From: Octopus vulgaris
Lineage: Eukaryota
Assembly: GCA_951406725.2 (NCBI GenBank)
Contig: OX597814.1
Location: 217,124,001-217,188,000, forward strand
Reading direction: 5' to 3'
DNA: 64,000 bases
Part shown: positions 1 through 11,465 of the stretch, one piece after another
How the letters are laid out: the number at the start of each line of letters is the position of its first letter
Position numbering within the stretch: position 1 is the first letter of the stretch
Notes under the pieces: model-generated
The model's input: only the letters and a program-made list of their open reading frames with translations
Told to the model about the DNA's origin: nothing
Databases searched by the model: none
Position numbers and translations under genes: made by a program

Positions 1-290
1 CAAGTTTCATTTTGTAAATCTATGTGATGTGTGTCAGTATATATGTGTATGAGCACAACAGTTTGTTCTTTTTTCATCTATTAAATTCCTTTGCTTTGTG
101 CCGTTGCTTGGCCTGCCTGAAATAGAAACTGCACAATGGATAATGTAGTCCTGGGTACATTATTTTAAAAAAGAGGAAAAGAACCCAGAAGTCCTTTTAT
201 CATAGGTTTCTTTAATTAGTCCTGAGCTGGAGTAAAATAAATCCATTTTCATGACATCATATATATATATACATATATGTATATACATAT

Positions 291-700
291 AGGCGCAGGA
301 GTGGTTGTGTGGTAAGTAGCTTGTTTACCAACCACATGGTTCTGGGTTCAGTCCCACTGCGTGGCACCTTGGGCAAGTGTCTTCTACTATAGCCTCAGGC
401 CGACCAAAGCCTTGTGAGTGGATTTGGTAGACGGAAACTGAAATACGCCCGTTGTATATATGTATATATATATATGTGTCTGTGTGTGTTTGTGTGTCTG
501 TGTTTGTCCCCCTAGCATTCCTTGACAACCGATGCTGGTGTGTTTATGTCCACGTTACTTAGCAGTTCGGCAAAAAGAGACCGATAGAATAAGTACTGGG
601 CTTACAAAGAATAAGTCCCGGGGTCGATTTGCTCGACTAAAGGTGGTGCTCCAGCATGACCGCAGTCAAATGACTGAAACAAGTAAAAGAGTAAAGAGTA
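291..700 (+). mobile_element. tRNA-derived CORE-type SINE, family A (full length)
   Basis: A-box TGGTTGTGTGG, B-box GGTTCAGTCCC, CORE-like ACCTTGGGCAAGTGTCTT, internal TA/TG tract, GTAAAAGA-repeat tail; more than 10 copies in the window. Confidence 0.85.
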
Positions 701-861
701 TACACGTGTGTGTGTGTGTGTGTACAAGCATGGATGACTGAAGATCTTTTTCTTTGCATACTTATGCATGATACATAACATACATACCTCTCTTGAATGT
801 GTTGACAATTTCAGTAAAGTTTGCTTAGCATATAGGAAATCATCATCATTATTATTACATA

Positions 862-1075
862 AGGCAGTGAGCTAGCATAATCATTAGCATGCTGGATTAA
901 ATGCTTAGTGGTATTTCGCCCATCACTCTGTTCTGAGTTCAAATTCCTCTGAGGTCAACTTTGCCTTTCATCCTTTTGGGGTCAATAAAAATATGTACCC
1001 ATTGTAAAACTGGAGTCAACGTAATTGATTCATCCCCTCCCCCATAATTGCTGCCCCTGTGGCAAAATTTGAAAC
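862..1075 (+). mobile_element. tRNA-derived SINE family B (Meta-domain type), diverged
   Basis: GGCAGTGAGCTAGCA head, GAGTTCAAATTC B-box, GCCTTTCATCCTTTTGGGGTCAATAAA Meta-like domain; matches 58913-59142. Confidence 0.75.
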
Positions 1076-1491
1076 CCTCATTATTATTATTACAGAGGTT
1101 AGGTTGTTTTTTTTAGCTGCAGGTCAGCTTTAACTAAGCACACCTGTAATCAGAGATATTCCAGTTCTACCTATCCTGCCTTTTTACTGAAGTACAAGTG
1201 ACACATTCGCGTATGTGATTTCAGAGAGGTTTGCAGCTATTTCTATCAGGTTGAATGATCACATGGAGATATCATCATTGACATGTAGGCCAAATTTATA
1301 CCAGTAATATAAGTAGTAGTCGAGCACTGAGTTTATGTAAGGGATTGTAATCCTTCCTCACCATAACCTTAGGACTTATGCCTCATTATAGGTGCAGGCA
1401 TAGCTGTGAGGTTAAGAAGCTTGATTCCAAACTAGGTGATTTCAGGTTCTGCATGGAAGGTGGATGTTACACAATGATAATGATGATGATG

Positions 1492-1533
<42 letters not shown>

Positions 1534-1752
1534 TATAATTATTAGGGAATATTACTTCTTAGTACACAGGAAAAGGACATTCACATTCGATGTACTAAAA
1601 TGAACATATTTTTTACTCCTTAAGTTTTTAATATTCAGTTATTATTTTTATTTATTTTTTATTTGCATTTCTATTCATTTGTACGTTGATAAGTAAGATT
1701 ATATCGAAGATATAGAGTATCATGGACATATATAAGAGGTAGGGAGGAATCT

Positions 1753-1852
1753 AGACCTGAAGATTGAGAGTATGTCGACCCGAGTAAGTATTGAAACTAG
1801 ATACCTCGTAGCTAATCGATACCGATGTACTTTCATGAAACACGTGTAGTCT
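1753..1852 (+). ncRNA. Type I hammerhead ribozyme motif with extended stem II, in a Penelope-like remnant
   Basis: AGAC-CTGAAGA-[T, 13-bp stem TGAGAGTATGTCG/CGATGTACTTTCA, T]-GAAAC-ACGT-GTA-GTCT; stem I AGAC/GTCT, palindromic stem III ACACGTGT. Confidence 0.7.
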
Positions 1853-3479
1853 CATAAACGGAAAATATAGGATTCAGAATAGATATAGTTTGTATAAGAT
1901 TTAATTTTTAACATTTTCGGGAGTGGTCGGGTATAAAATCTTTCAGTGTTGATTGAGTTGAAGGTGGTTCTGTCTCTATACAAATATATATGCATAAATA
2001 CATGTATATATATATACTGTAAAACAAACTGGGAGGAAAGAGACGGAACGAAGTGAGAATTCGAAAAATCGAAAATTCAAACGAACCTGACGTGAAGCGC
2101 TGTCAGACAATAGTGTAATAAATAAAATATATGCATACATACAAACATATATGTACGTACCGACATCTACATGTATATATACATGCATATATAAATATAT
2201 ATATACGTACAGGACACCACAAGAAGGCGTAAAAATCAACAGAAACGAAAACGGAAAAGCCATTTTGTTACAACAGAAGGACAGAGACATGGAACAAGAC
2301 GAAAACGAAAATGGGAAAAACATTATGTACAGCAGAAAAACGAAGTACAGGACAAGCTGCACAAGGAAAAATCCCCTTCATCAGCTGTCGCTAGCAGACA
2401 TAGCGTGTTTCGAAGGCAAGACAGGACACGTCTGGTTATGCTAGGCCTTCCTACGAGAGAATTAAAATAAAGTAACCTCGTAGATGTTAATTAGTGTAAA
2501 TCAAGAAAAATAAAAAAAAAATCATCAAAAGGTTTTTTTTTAGATGTCTTTAATAAAAAATGATATTCAATGTTACCATAAAATCGTAACTTTTTCTCAT
2601 TCCTGGAATCCTAAAAAGTAGTTAACATTTGAACTAAAAACATTAAGAGATTCAACTCCACATCACAAGACTTTTTGTTTGGAACCAATTCTACCATTCA
2701 TTGTTCTCAACAGTTGCTTTGTTCTGGGAATAACTTACTCCTCTTTTTTTTTACTTGTAAGTGTTTTGATGTTTGCATCATTAAATATGTCAACAATAAC
2801 TTTTGTAATGGTATCTGTAAGTGTGTACATGTATGTTTAATGCAGACCATCTCTCAAGTGTACAACACCATAAGAATCATACTAACCTTGCTAACATTTA
2901 TTTGAATGAAGTGATGAATTCTCTAATGTAAGTGGGGAAAATCTAATTCATTTCTTCTATTGTTCTTTTCTATCCTATAACAGAATTGTTACAGGACTGG
3001 AATTTTGATTTAGAAAATTTTCAACAGAATTTTTAAAATGTTAAAAGTTAATTTGGAATATTAATATAGTGAGGAGAAGAGAACATTAGTAACTTAATGG
3101 CAAATATTATTTTAATAATTCTAGTAAGTAGGCAGTGGGCTAAAAGAATTGTTAGCAAGCTGGGCAAAATGCTTAGCAGCATTTCATGTGTTCTGAGTTC
3201 AAAAATCGCTATGGTTGACTTTGTCTTAACCTTTTGGGGTTGAACACAGGATGATTATATCGACTTAACCCCTCCCCTGAAATTGCTGACCTTGTACTAA
3301 AATTTAAAACCAATAATTCTGGTAAGTATAGAAGATAACTCAGGACACACCCTGATATCATTACATCTCTTCAGCAAAGCAAAGATTTCATTGTTTTTAC
3401 CGAAGTATTGATTAAAGGAATCACTGAGTTGGAATATACTAACCCAAGAAAACATGGAAAATTAATATATTTAGAAGAA

Positions 3480-3735
3480 AAAAAAATCTCTTGGCAAAAA
3501 CTGAGAATCTTCTTGTAAAGTTACCCACCTATGGTCTCCATCCATTTTATCTTTTGGATCAGTGCCTTTCTGCTGAAGCATATCATTGCACTGAGTACTG
3601 ATAGAACTCTCTCTCACAGACTCTATTAAATTCTTCTGAGCTCCAAGTTTTGATTTTGTCTCACACACTTTCCCACCTATATATCAGTGACCTAATTGCC
3701 TTTACCTCCCTGTGAGGTGATACCACTTTTCATTT
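3480..3735 (+). pseudogene. Degenerate LINE (CR1/Jockey-like) reverse transcriptase fragment
   Basis: Frameshifted translation gives LLVKLPTYGLHP..WISAFL..LSHTL..YISDL, matching the usual LLxKLxxYG / WIxxFL / LSPxLFxxYIxDL RT blocks. Confidence 0.55.
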
Positions 3736-4546
3736 CCCCTCAGACCTTCTGTATCCAAGTATATTTCTCATGCAACTGAGATACCTCCTGTGAAAATGCA
3801 CACTGACACTATGAACTGAGATGTTAAAAACCTCCACTCTGCAGCTCACTGGGTAAGTACCTTCTACACCAAATGGTTTCAGGTTCATTCCCACTGCACA
3901 GCACCTTGAGCAAATATAATCTATTATAACCCTGGGTTAACCAATGCCATGTGAGTGGATTTAGCAGACAGAAACTGTGTGGAAGCCAGCCACAGATATA
4001 TGTAGGTGGGTGTGTGCGTGTTTCCATTTGTTCCCTGTCACCATTTAACATGTGTTGGTTTGTTTATGTTCCCATAACATAGCAGTTTGGTAAAAGAGAC
4101 TGATAAAGTGAGTATCAAACTTAAAATAAGTACTGCAGTCAATTTGTTGAACTAAATCCTTCAAATCAGTATCTTAGCAATGGTGACAGCCCACTGGCTG
4201 AAACAAGTGAAAAGAAAAAATAGTTATTAGTTACTGGATACAGTGAAAGGTTACAATACTATAAAAATTGAATTGTGAATTATTTTTTGCAGTAGGTGGT
4301 TTGTATTTTTGAAAACATAAACAAATATATTTTATAAAGCATATACTGAGGTTAAAGACAAAGAAAATGTTAGTGAGAGAACTCAGGCTCATACAACAGG
4401 AATCCAAGGAATGTGACTTATAACGTTAATAATAGAAGGAAAAGCAATGCCTATAGATATTCTATGATATCTTTATTTATTGAGTTTTAGATTAATTGTT
4501 TACTTGATACATCATGTAACTGGTACATCTATGGACGTGTGATTAA

Positions 4547-4760
4547 CCCTTTCGTTACCAACCCGGCTGAAACTGGCTCTGACTACAAATGTCTTGTTTT
4601 CAAAAGTTCTGAATTAAAATCTTCCACCAAACCTTAGTCACAATTTATGTTCCTAACACTAGCCGAATGATAACTCAGTTATTTTACTAAATTCTTTGTT
4701 ATATTTAAGGTAATTGAAAGAAACACAGAACATCTTAAAATAAATACAGTAACAAAAGGG
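4547..4760. mobile_element. piggyBac-like MITE
   Basis: TTAA target on both sides (4543-4546, 4761-4764); TIR CCCTTTCGTTAC / GTAACAAAAGGG; inverted copy at 46114-46334. Confidence 0.8.
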
Positions 4761-4858
4761 TTAACAAGTTCACTTAGCAATCATATGGTTCTAGGTTCAG
4801 TCCCACTGTACATTACCTTGACCTTGGCCAAGTGTCTTTTGCTATAGAGTCAGTTTAA

Positions 4859-5059
4859 CCCTTGTTCTATAAAATATTTTGCTTATCCATTCACATTGTT
4901 TTGAATTTATTAGGCATTATCTTGTAGCTTGAGAATTTGATGAGGTAACTTCATTTATAAAATGACATTGTAGGGTTGGTATGAGAAGTCAGATTTGACC
5001 AGTTTGTGCATAAAACAGGTAATATTTTGGCAGTTGCAGCCAGTTTAAATGCTAATGGG
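4859..5059. mobile_element. piggyBac-like MITE, second family
   Basis: TTAA-CCC...GGG-TTAA ends; homologous to 28029-28247 and 29024-29244. Confidence 0.7.
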
Positions 5060-5084
5060 TTAATCAATGCTTTGTGAGTCAGAT

Positions 5085-6228
5085 TTATCTGCTGTCAATA
5101 CCCACTGAGTGGTGGCCTGGGCATGCCAGGCTGATGATTGCAAGATATGCGCTGAGGCTATGATATCACCATTGTTTCCTTGATAGTGAACAGGTGTAAT
5201 CGCCCTTCGCCAGACAAGTATTTCTGCAGCTAGTTTCTTTAATGGAATTACAATGCTGGGTAAAGCAGAGACCAAGTGAGAGCATTTGGAAAGTGGAATG
5301 TCTTCAAGTGCTCACAGCCCTCAACCAATCGGATACTGCAATAGGTGGAACATCCACTTTAGCTTTTTATTGAGGATTAATGGAGGAAAAGTGTGATGAC
5401 ATTCTTGAGGAGACCTTGGGTGTTGAAGATCAACTAGCTGCTCTTCTCCAGAGAACTTTCGGCCTGGGATTGATTGATAATTAAAAGAAATCTCTGGCAG
5501 TGCAACCAGGGAGCTTTGCTTGTTCAAGATAAACTTTACAGGCATAGAAGTGCTGTTAGCCGAGCATGTCCAAGATGTGTGCAGGATGACAAAATGGTCC
5601 TGCATGCACTCATCCAGTGCCCGAGCATTGCTGACCTGTGGGTTTATGTTGAACACTTGCTGTCACATGTGGGACGGATCTGGCTGACAACTGAATCCAT
5701 CATGAAGATTGCCCCTTCCTCTTCCTTTAACTGAGAAGGAAAAGCTCTATTTAAATGCCTGGTGGCCATGGCAAAAGAGGTTGTATGGTGGATGATATTG
5801 AAGGGGCTGAAGACAAATACTTTTCTCTTTGGTCAATCCCTGATCAACTTTAAGTTTCACTTGAAAAGGAAAATAAGGGTAGAGAGGGAAGTGTTGTCTT
5901 CTAGCCAATTTGCTGAAAGTTGAATTGGTGAGAATGGTGTGGGTGAACAGTCCTGCCCTGAGTATATGTCTGTAGCTGAAAAAAAGAAAGGAAAAAAGGC
6001 ACCTGCTCCAAAAGTCAGGCAACCCATGGTTTTTTATGGGCTTTTCCATGAGCAACCTTCGAATGTATCCTCCCTATTGAGGATCACACATTGTTGAGTT
6101 TTTAATTTTGTTGGTCTTCCTTACACACAAAAACCTCACAAAAACACACTCACACACATTCTTTGTTTTGTCCTGTACTGTCCATAATGTTTTACTCAAT
6201 GTAAACCATTGTGGTTAATAAAAAAAAA
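5085..6228 (+). mobile_element. 5'-truncated Tx1/L1-clade LINE: ORF2 C-terminus, 3'UTR and polyA
   Basis: ORF 5474-5734 has a zf-RVT-like motif (LWQ..GALLVQDKL..CPRC..MVLHALIQCP..LW); stops and frameshifts; ends in AATAAAAAAAAAA at about 6217-6228. Confidence 0.75.
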
Positions 6229-6280
6229 TCATTGTTATCATTATTAAGGCAGTGAGCTATTATTTTGTCTATCCAGTTAA

Positions 6281-6315
<35 letters not shown>

Positions 6316-6581
6316 GCGCAACAAGCATTTCTTCCAGCTTGCTGTCTTTAATTGTTTCTCTTATGGGAAAAATAGGTTAATTGGTTATAATGTCTATAGT
6401 ACATTATACATGAAAGACAAAGTTGATCAGAGTGGGATTTGAACTCAGAATGCAAGGAGCCAGAAGAGATACTAAAAGCTGCAAAAATAATATGCACTGG
6501 GCTAAATACTTTGTAGTAGCAAAATAATTTCTTACATCAGCACAAGGTCTTAATTTTTGGAACAAAGGAAATAGTTTAATG

Positions 6582-7101
6582 CTGTGGTTCCCAACTGGGG
6601 TCCATATAAAATTTTTTAATGCAATTCCTAATGATATCTCTCTATATATAAACGGCAGTTTGTCTGTCAGGTTGTACCCTCACCCTGACCACGGCTTTCA
6701 ACCGATTCTGATGAAACTTGACACACACATAGCCCAATGTCATAATTCAAAACTAACGCAGCGAAAATTTTGAAAAGTTCCCCCAGTTCTGAAAAAAATC
6801 GATAAATTCGACATGGGGTCAAGAATCAGAAACACAAACCACAGACTGTCTAGGGGACGCAACTCGACCTTTTTAACTCGCAAAAAAAAAAATTTACCAT
6901 TTTTTTCTATTTTTTGGCTATAACTCTCTAAAAATGCTTTATAGTTATTTCCCTTACAAACCCGAGCAACGCGGGGCAATACTGCTAGTTTAATAATAAA
7001 GATAAAACAGAATTTTTTGAACATTGAATGACTATGAAGGACCATTGGAGTAAAATAGGAATTAAAGTGGTCCATAGATAAAAAATGGTAGAGTACCACT
7101 A
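6582..7101. mobile_element. hAT (Charlie/Buster-like) MITE carrying a Helitron insertion
   Basis: TIR CTGTGGTTCCCAAC / GGTAGAGTACCACTA; degenerate 8-bp TSD GTTTAATG / ATCTAATG with central TA; homologous to 47083-47937. Confidence 0.65.
6637..6988 (+). mobile_element. Non-autonomous Helitron H1
   Basis: 5' TC(TCTC)TATATATAAA, 3' hairpin CCCG-AGCAACG-CGGG followed by CTAG, inserted between A and T with no TSD. Confidence 0.85.
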
Positions 7102-7475
7102 ATCTAATGTATCCACCCCAGGATTTCCCTGGTACTTCATTTTCCCAACACTTGTGAAGAAGTAAAGTGGATCTTGAGGATCTGGGTCCAACTTGAAATG
7201 CTTGCCAAAGTACCTTCAAATTACATCCTAGAAAGAACATGTAATTATGATGTCATTAATGGGGTTTAAATGACAGTATTAATTCTTAAATGCAAATTTG
7301 AGTCATCATGTTAAAAGAGATGTATTTATTGAAAATATTTATTACAACCATTCAGTTTTATAAAAGTTCTTGATACAAATCATGACACAGCAACCTATTC
7401 TCTCAGTCATATTGACATAAGATTGATAATGCTTAACCTGTTTGCATGTGTTTATATACATATATACATATATAT

Positions 7476-7771
7476 ATATTGTTATATTTCGGAATGGTCA
7501 TTTTGCTTGTTTAGCCAATAAAAACACACACACTATATATTTGGTGTTACTTTGCTTCAGTGTTATTTATTTTTTACATTAATCTTAATCTTATTTCGGC
7601 CAGAGTTCTTTCGTCACACTCCTGTGACCGCATCAGTGGTCCTTTGTTTTCTTCTTTCTTATTTGTGTCTCTCCTTACTAACAGTCAGCCATTTTGTATT
7701 TCTCAAATATATAGTGCGTGTGTTTTTATTGGCTAAACTGACAAAATGACCATTCCGAAATATAACAATAT
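7476..7771. mobile_element. Penelope-like remnant with 68-bp inverted arms
   Basis: 7476-7543 is the near-perfect reverse complement of 7704-7771; lies between (TA)n tracts; encloses a hammerhead motif. Confidence 0.65.
7598..7641 (-). ncRNA. Minimal type I hammerhead motif with one core substitution
   Basis: Minus strand CCA-CTGATGC-G-GTCACA(GGAG)TGTGAC-GAAA-GAAC-TC-TGG; the core reads CUGAUGC instead of CUGAUGA. Confidence 0.6.
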
Positions 7772-7826
7772 CTGTTTCAACACATGACTTCACATAAAAA
7801 AAATCTTGCACAACAAATATTTAAAC

Positions 7827-7870
<44 letters not shown>

Positions 7871-8496
7871 TCATCATCATCATTTAGAACGGACGCTAAA
7901 TGAAGATGATGATGATGATGATATATATATATATATATATATATTTCATTGTAACATAAATCTCTCCAAATATTTAGTTTCCATGAGATAGTACCTCATT
8001 CATCTGATTCAGATAGTATGTTTTATTGTTATACAAAGCAATCTTATACAATCTGTTATCCAATCTTACTAGAAAATAAGGAGGATGACCGTGTAAAGAC
8101 TTGTTTGGGAAGTTATCTGTGTGGTAAGGTTTAATGTAAATCTCCTTATGTTTAATTTTGAAACTATGTGTCATGGTTGATATCACACTTGATATTTAAC
8201 TAAAATTATTATTCATATGCATGACACAGGGGATTGGCCTGAATTATCATAAATCAAAACCTTAAGTTTTATTTAATTTTGTTTTTTTGTTTTTACGTGT
8301 TACTTTTCAAGTTCATTAATACAATACTGATAACAATACTGTATGTATATATGTATGTATGTGCATTTAAAAAGCTTGTTTCATTACCATGTGCTTTCAG
8401 GTTCAGTCCCCCTGTGTGGCACCTTAGGCAGATGTCTTCTGCTATAGACCCAAGCTTTGTGAATGGAATTTGTCAGTGAAAACTGAAAGAAGCCCA

Positions 8497-8543
<47 letters not shown>

Positions 8544-8996
8544 TGTGTGTGTGTATGTGTATGTGTCCATGTCTTGACTTCATTTGTTGGTTGGAAAAAG
8601 GAGCTTCACCATCATACAAGTGAAGTTGTTCATTTGCAGTCTTCTGTCAAATGCATGCCTAGCCATGCAAAAATATTATCTTGCTAGGAAACCAGTGAGG
8701 GTTTGTGTCAGGAACAGCATCCAGCCACAGAAAATCTGCTTCATTCCTTTGGAGAGAACGTTGGGGTTAAGGCAATGTGAAGTATGAGTATGAGGTATGA
8801 TAGGCAGTGAGAGGAAGGGCTGACAGTTTCAGTTACATATATAGATATACTTATATAGTATTAAATAGAACAAACTTAGTGTTTGTAAAAGTTGTTGACA
8901 AGAACAAACATAGTGATCCTATTTTCTAGCTATTAAAACTTGATTTCTTTGATATTAATCTCTCAATATGATGCAAGTACATATTTATATATATTT

Positions 8997-9228
8997 CATT
9001 CATCATCATCATCATCATCATCGTTTAACGTCCGTTTTCCATGCTGGCATGGGTTGGACGGTTCAGCTGGGGTCTGGGAAGCCAGAAGGCTGCACCAGGC
9101 CCAGTCTGATCTGGCAGTGTTTCTATGGCTGGATGCCCTTCCTAACGCCAACCACTCCGTGAGTGTAGTGGGTGCTTTTTACGTGCCACCGGCACAGGTG
9201 CCAGACGAGGCTGGCAAACAGCCACAAT
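8997..9228 (-). mobile_element. SINE-like family C, (GAT)n-tailed, truncated
   Basis: Reverse complement of GGCGTTAGGAAGGGCATCCAGC..GGACGTTAAAC(GAT)n, shared by at least 8 copies. Confidence 0.8.
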
Positions 9229-9444
9229 CGGGAAATACTTACATGTATGAATATGCATATATATATGCATGTTTATCTATCACTGAAAGAAGCATGTAAT
9301 AATGAAATTAGTCTCATGAGGTCTTTTTGGTAATTTTGGATGAGGAACAAACCACTTGGTTTCATTTTTATTTAACAATTAATTAATCTGGAATCCCTCA
9401 TCTATCCTTGCTATTGATAATACTAATAATACTAATAATGATAA

Positions 9445-9663
9445 TTATTTCTACTCTAGGCAAAAGGCCTTGAAAATTTAGGGGGAAGGGGGATAGTAGA
9501 TTACATTGATCCCATTGTGTAACTGGTACTTATTTCATCAACCGCTGAAAGGATGAAAGGCAAAGTTGACCTCAGCAGAATTTGAACATAGAACGCAGTG
9601 GCAGATGAAATACCACTAAGCATTTCATGCAGCATGCTAACAATTCTGCCAGCTTGCCACCTT
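9445..9663 (-). mobile_element. SINE family B
   Basis: Reverse complement of the family B head and Meta-like domain. Confidence 0.75.
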
Positions 9664-9716
9664 AATAATAATAATAAGAAGAAGAATAATAATAATAATA
9701 AGTATCAGAATCCTAT

Positions 9717-10200
9717 GGTGCAGTGCCAGGCAGCAGCTCTTAGGGCTTCTTATCTTAACTGATTGGAAGTGTTATCATGTACATTGTTTTGTCTTGGTAT
9801 AAAAGATGGGCTACAGCAAATATTCTGCTGAATACCACAGATTTTGCTTGTCAGTTGTTTGACCGTAACCAGTTGAGCATGTCCCTTAGTGGCTGACGAT
9901 GTGTGCATCTCTGATCACGAGCAGAAGTAGTGGGGGAGCATTATAGCCATGCATTGAGAGGAATTCTTTGGGGTTTGGATAATTCACCTTTGGAAATGTA
10001 GGTGTCTCGTTCAACTCCTCAAACAGCTCTTATTCAGGGACCTTTTGAGCTCCACCAGCAAGGTCATATGCTGCTTATCTTGATATGAGATCACCATGTT
10101 GTGCACATATGGTTGTGATGCATGTGCCTGGTATACATGGGTATACTGGGCTTCATATATTTTACCCCAGTATCACTTTGATGGCATGCACTGCTCTCAT
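9717..10200 (+). mobile_element. Dispersed repeat family F (probable retroposon 3' portion, AAT tail)
   Basis: About 480 bp clearly homologous to the inverted copy at 24440-24981. Confidence 0.7.
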
Positions 10201-11258
10201 AATATTCATAATAGGAATGATAATAGCTGAACACTACTTATTAAAAACTGAATACAGTAAAAAAAATACAGTAAACTCACTCCTATTTGGCACCATTGGG
10301 ACCATACAGTTGTCAGATAACTGAATTTTCTGGATATTTAACCATCAGTTTTTAAATTACTGTTTCTCTATTTAACATGACTATTTGGTCAGTGGGTGCT
10401 TCTTAGCAAAGTTCACTCTGCTGAAAGCATTCAGGTTTAGTCTCTAGTTTGAGTATAACATACTCCCTTTCCTTTACTAGACTTGGAGACTCTGAAAAAT
10501 AAAAATTCATGGGTGCTACCCTTCCTTATCAAATTATAAATGGTAAGAACATGTAAAAAGTAAAAAAGGATTTAAGGCTTGACAATTATGGTTTCGATTT
10601 TTTTTTAATGGTAGGAATGTTTGCAGTTACATTGAGCCAGGGAAGGGGATTACAGGAATATTTTCTTATTGGGTGTTCATGCTGCTATTTAACCTCAGAC
10701 CAGTCCAACTCCTGATTAAGTACATCTGGGTTCAAGCCATGATTATTCTGTTTCATTTATTTATTTGTTTATTTTTGTGTACATCAAAGTCTACTTTGTC
10801 CAATGTGTTCTGTATTTATTTTGGCAGGGTGTGATTTGCAAGACACTTAGCTGCTATTTCTAATGAGTCAGTTGATCATATAGAGGTTCCTTTATTGACA
10901 TATGTTCTCATTAGTCTAAATTCAATGCAGATTTTCCAGTCAAGGAGAAATTTCTATTCTGATTTTATGAAAACCCATTCTTGCTTTAATTTGACATCTA
11001 AATAAACAACAATTTTAATTAAACTAGTGTTATTATTACATTTCCTGTTTATTTTGGGTTTTTCAATTGAGTTTCAATTAAATTACTTTTCAGATTTGTT
11101 TGCAGCTTTTTTTGTGGATGCAGGCAGGCTGTGTGGTCAAGAAATTCATTTTGCAGCTATGTGGTCCACAGTTTGATCCAGCTGTGAAACAGTTTCGAGC
11201 CTTGGGTCGACCTTTGTCTTGTAAATAAATTTTGTAGACAAAAAGTGTGAAAGCCTGT

Positions 11259-11325
<67 letters not shown>

Positions 11326-11377
11326 AGTTTATGAAAGATGGTTGACGAAAAAATAAGCAACAGGATATCAAGAAGTG

Positions 11378-11465
11378 ATGCAGTACAACCATTTCAAGCA
11401 GCTTCATTTAATTGAACAATGCAATCATTACATCAATTTAAATGCAGGGCTATCATCAGCTGCAC
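11378..11465 (-). ncRNA. Type I hammerhead motif with extended stem II
   Basis: Minus strand GTGCAG-CTGATGA-TAGC..CATTTAAATTGA..TCAATTAAATG..GCTT-GAAA-TGGTT-GTA-CTGCAT; 6-bp stem I. Confidence 0.6.

Noticed and set aside
325-741. Recurrent 60-90 aa ORFs (MSSNARGTNTDTQT.., ..EDTCPRCHAVGLNPEPCGW)
   Set aside because: They are translations of SINE family A. They recur because the repeat recurs, and the frames break at the variable microsatellite.
2675-3000. Possible plus-strand exons (CFDVC.., HLSSVQH.., donor AAT|GTAAGT at 2928, pyrimidine tract before 2983)
   Set aside because: The splice phases do not join into an open frame and the zinc-finger resemblance is too weak. RNA evidence would be needed.
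9885-9935. CTGACGA in repeat family F as a hammerhead core
   Set aside because: No GAAA box or compatible stems in either copy.
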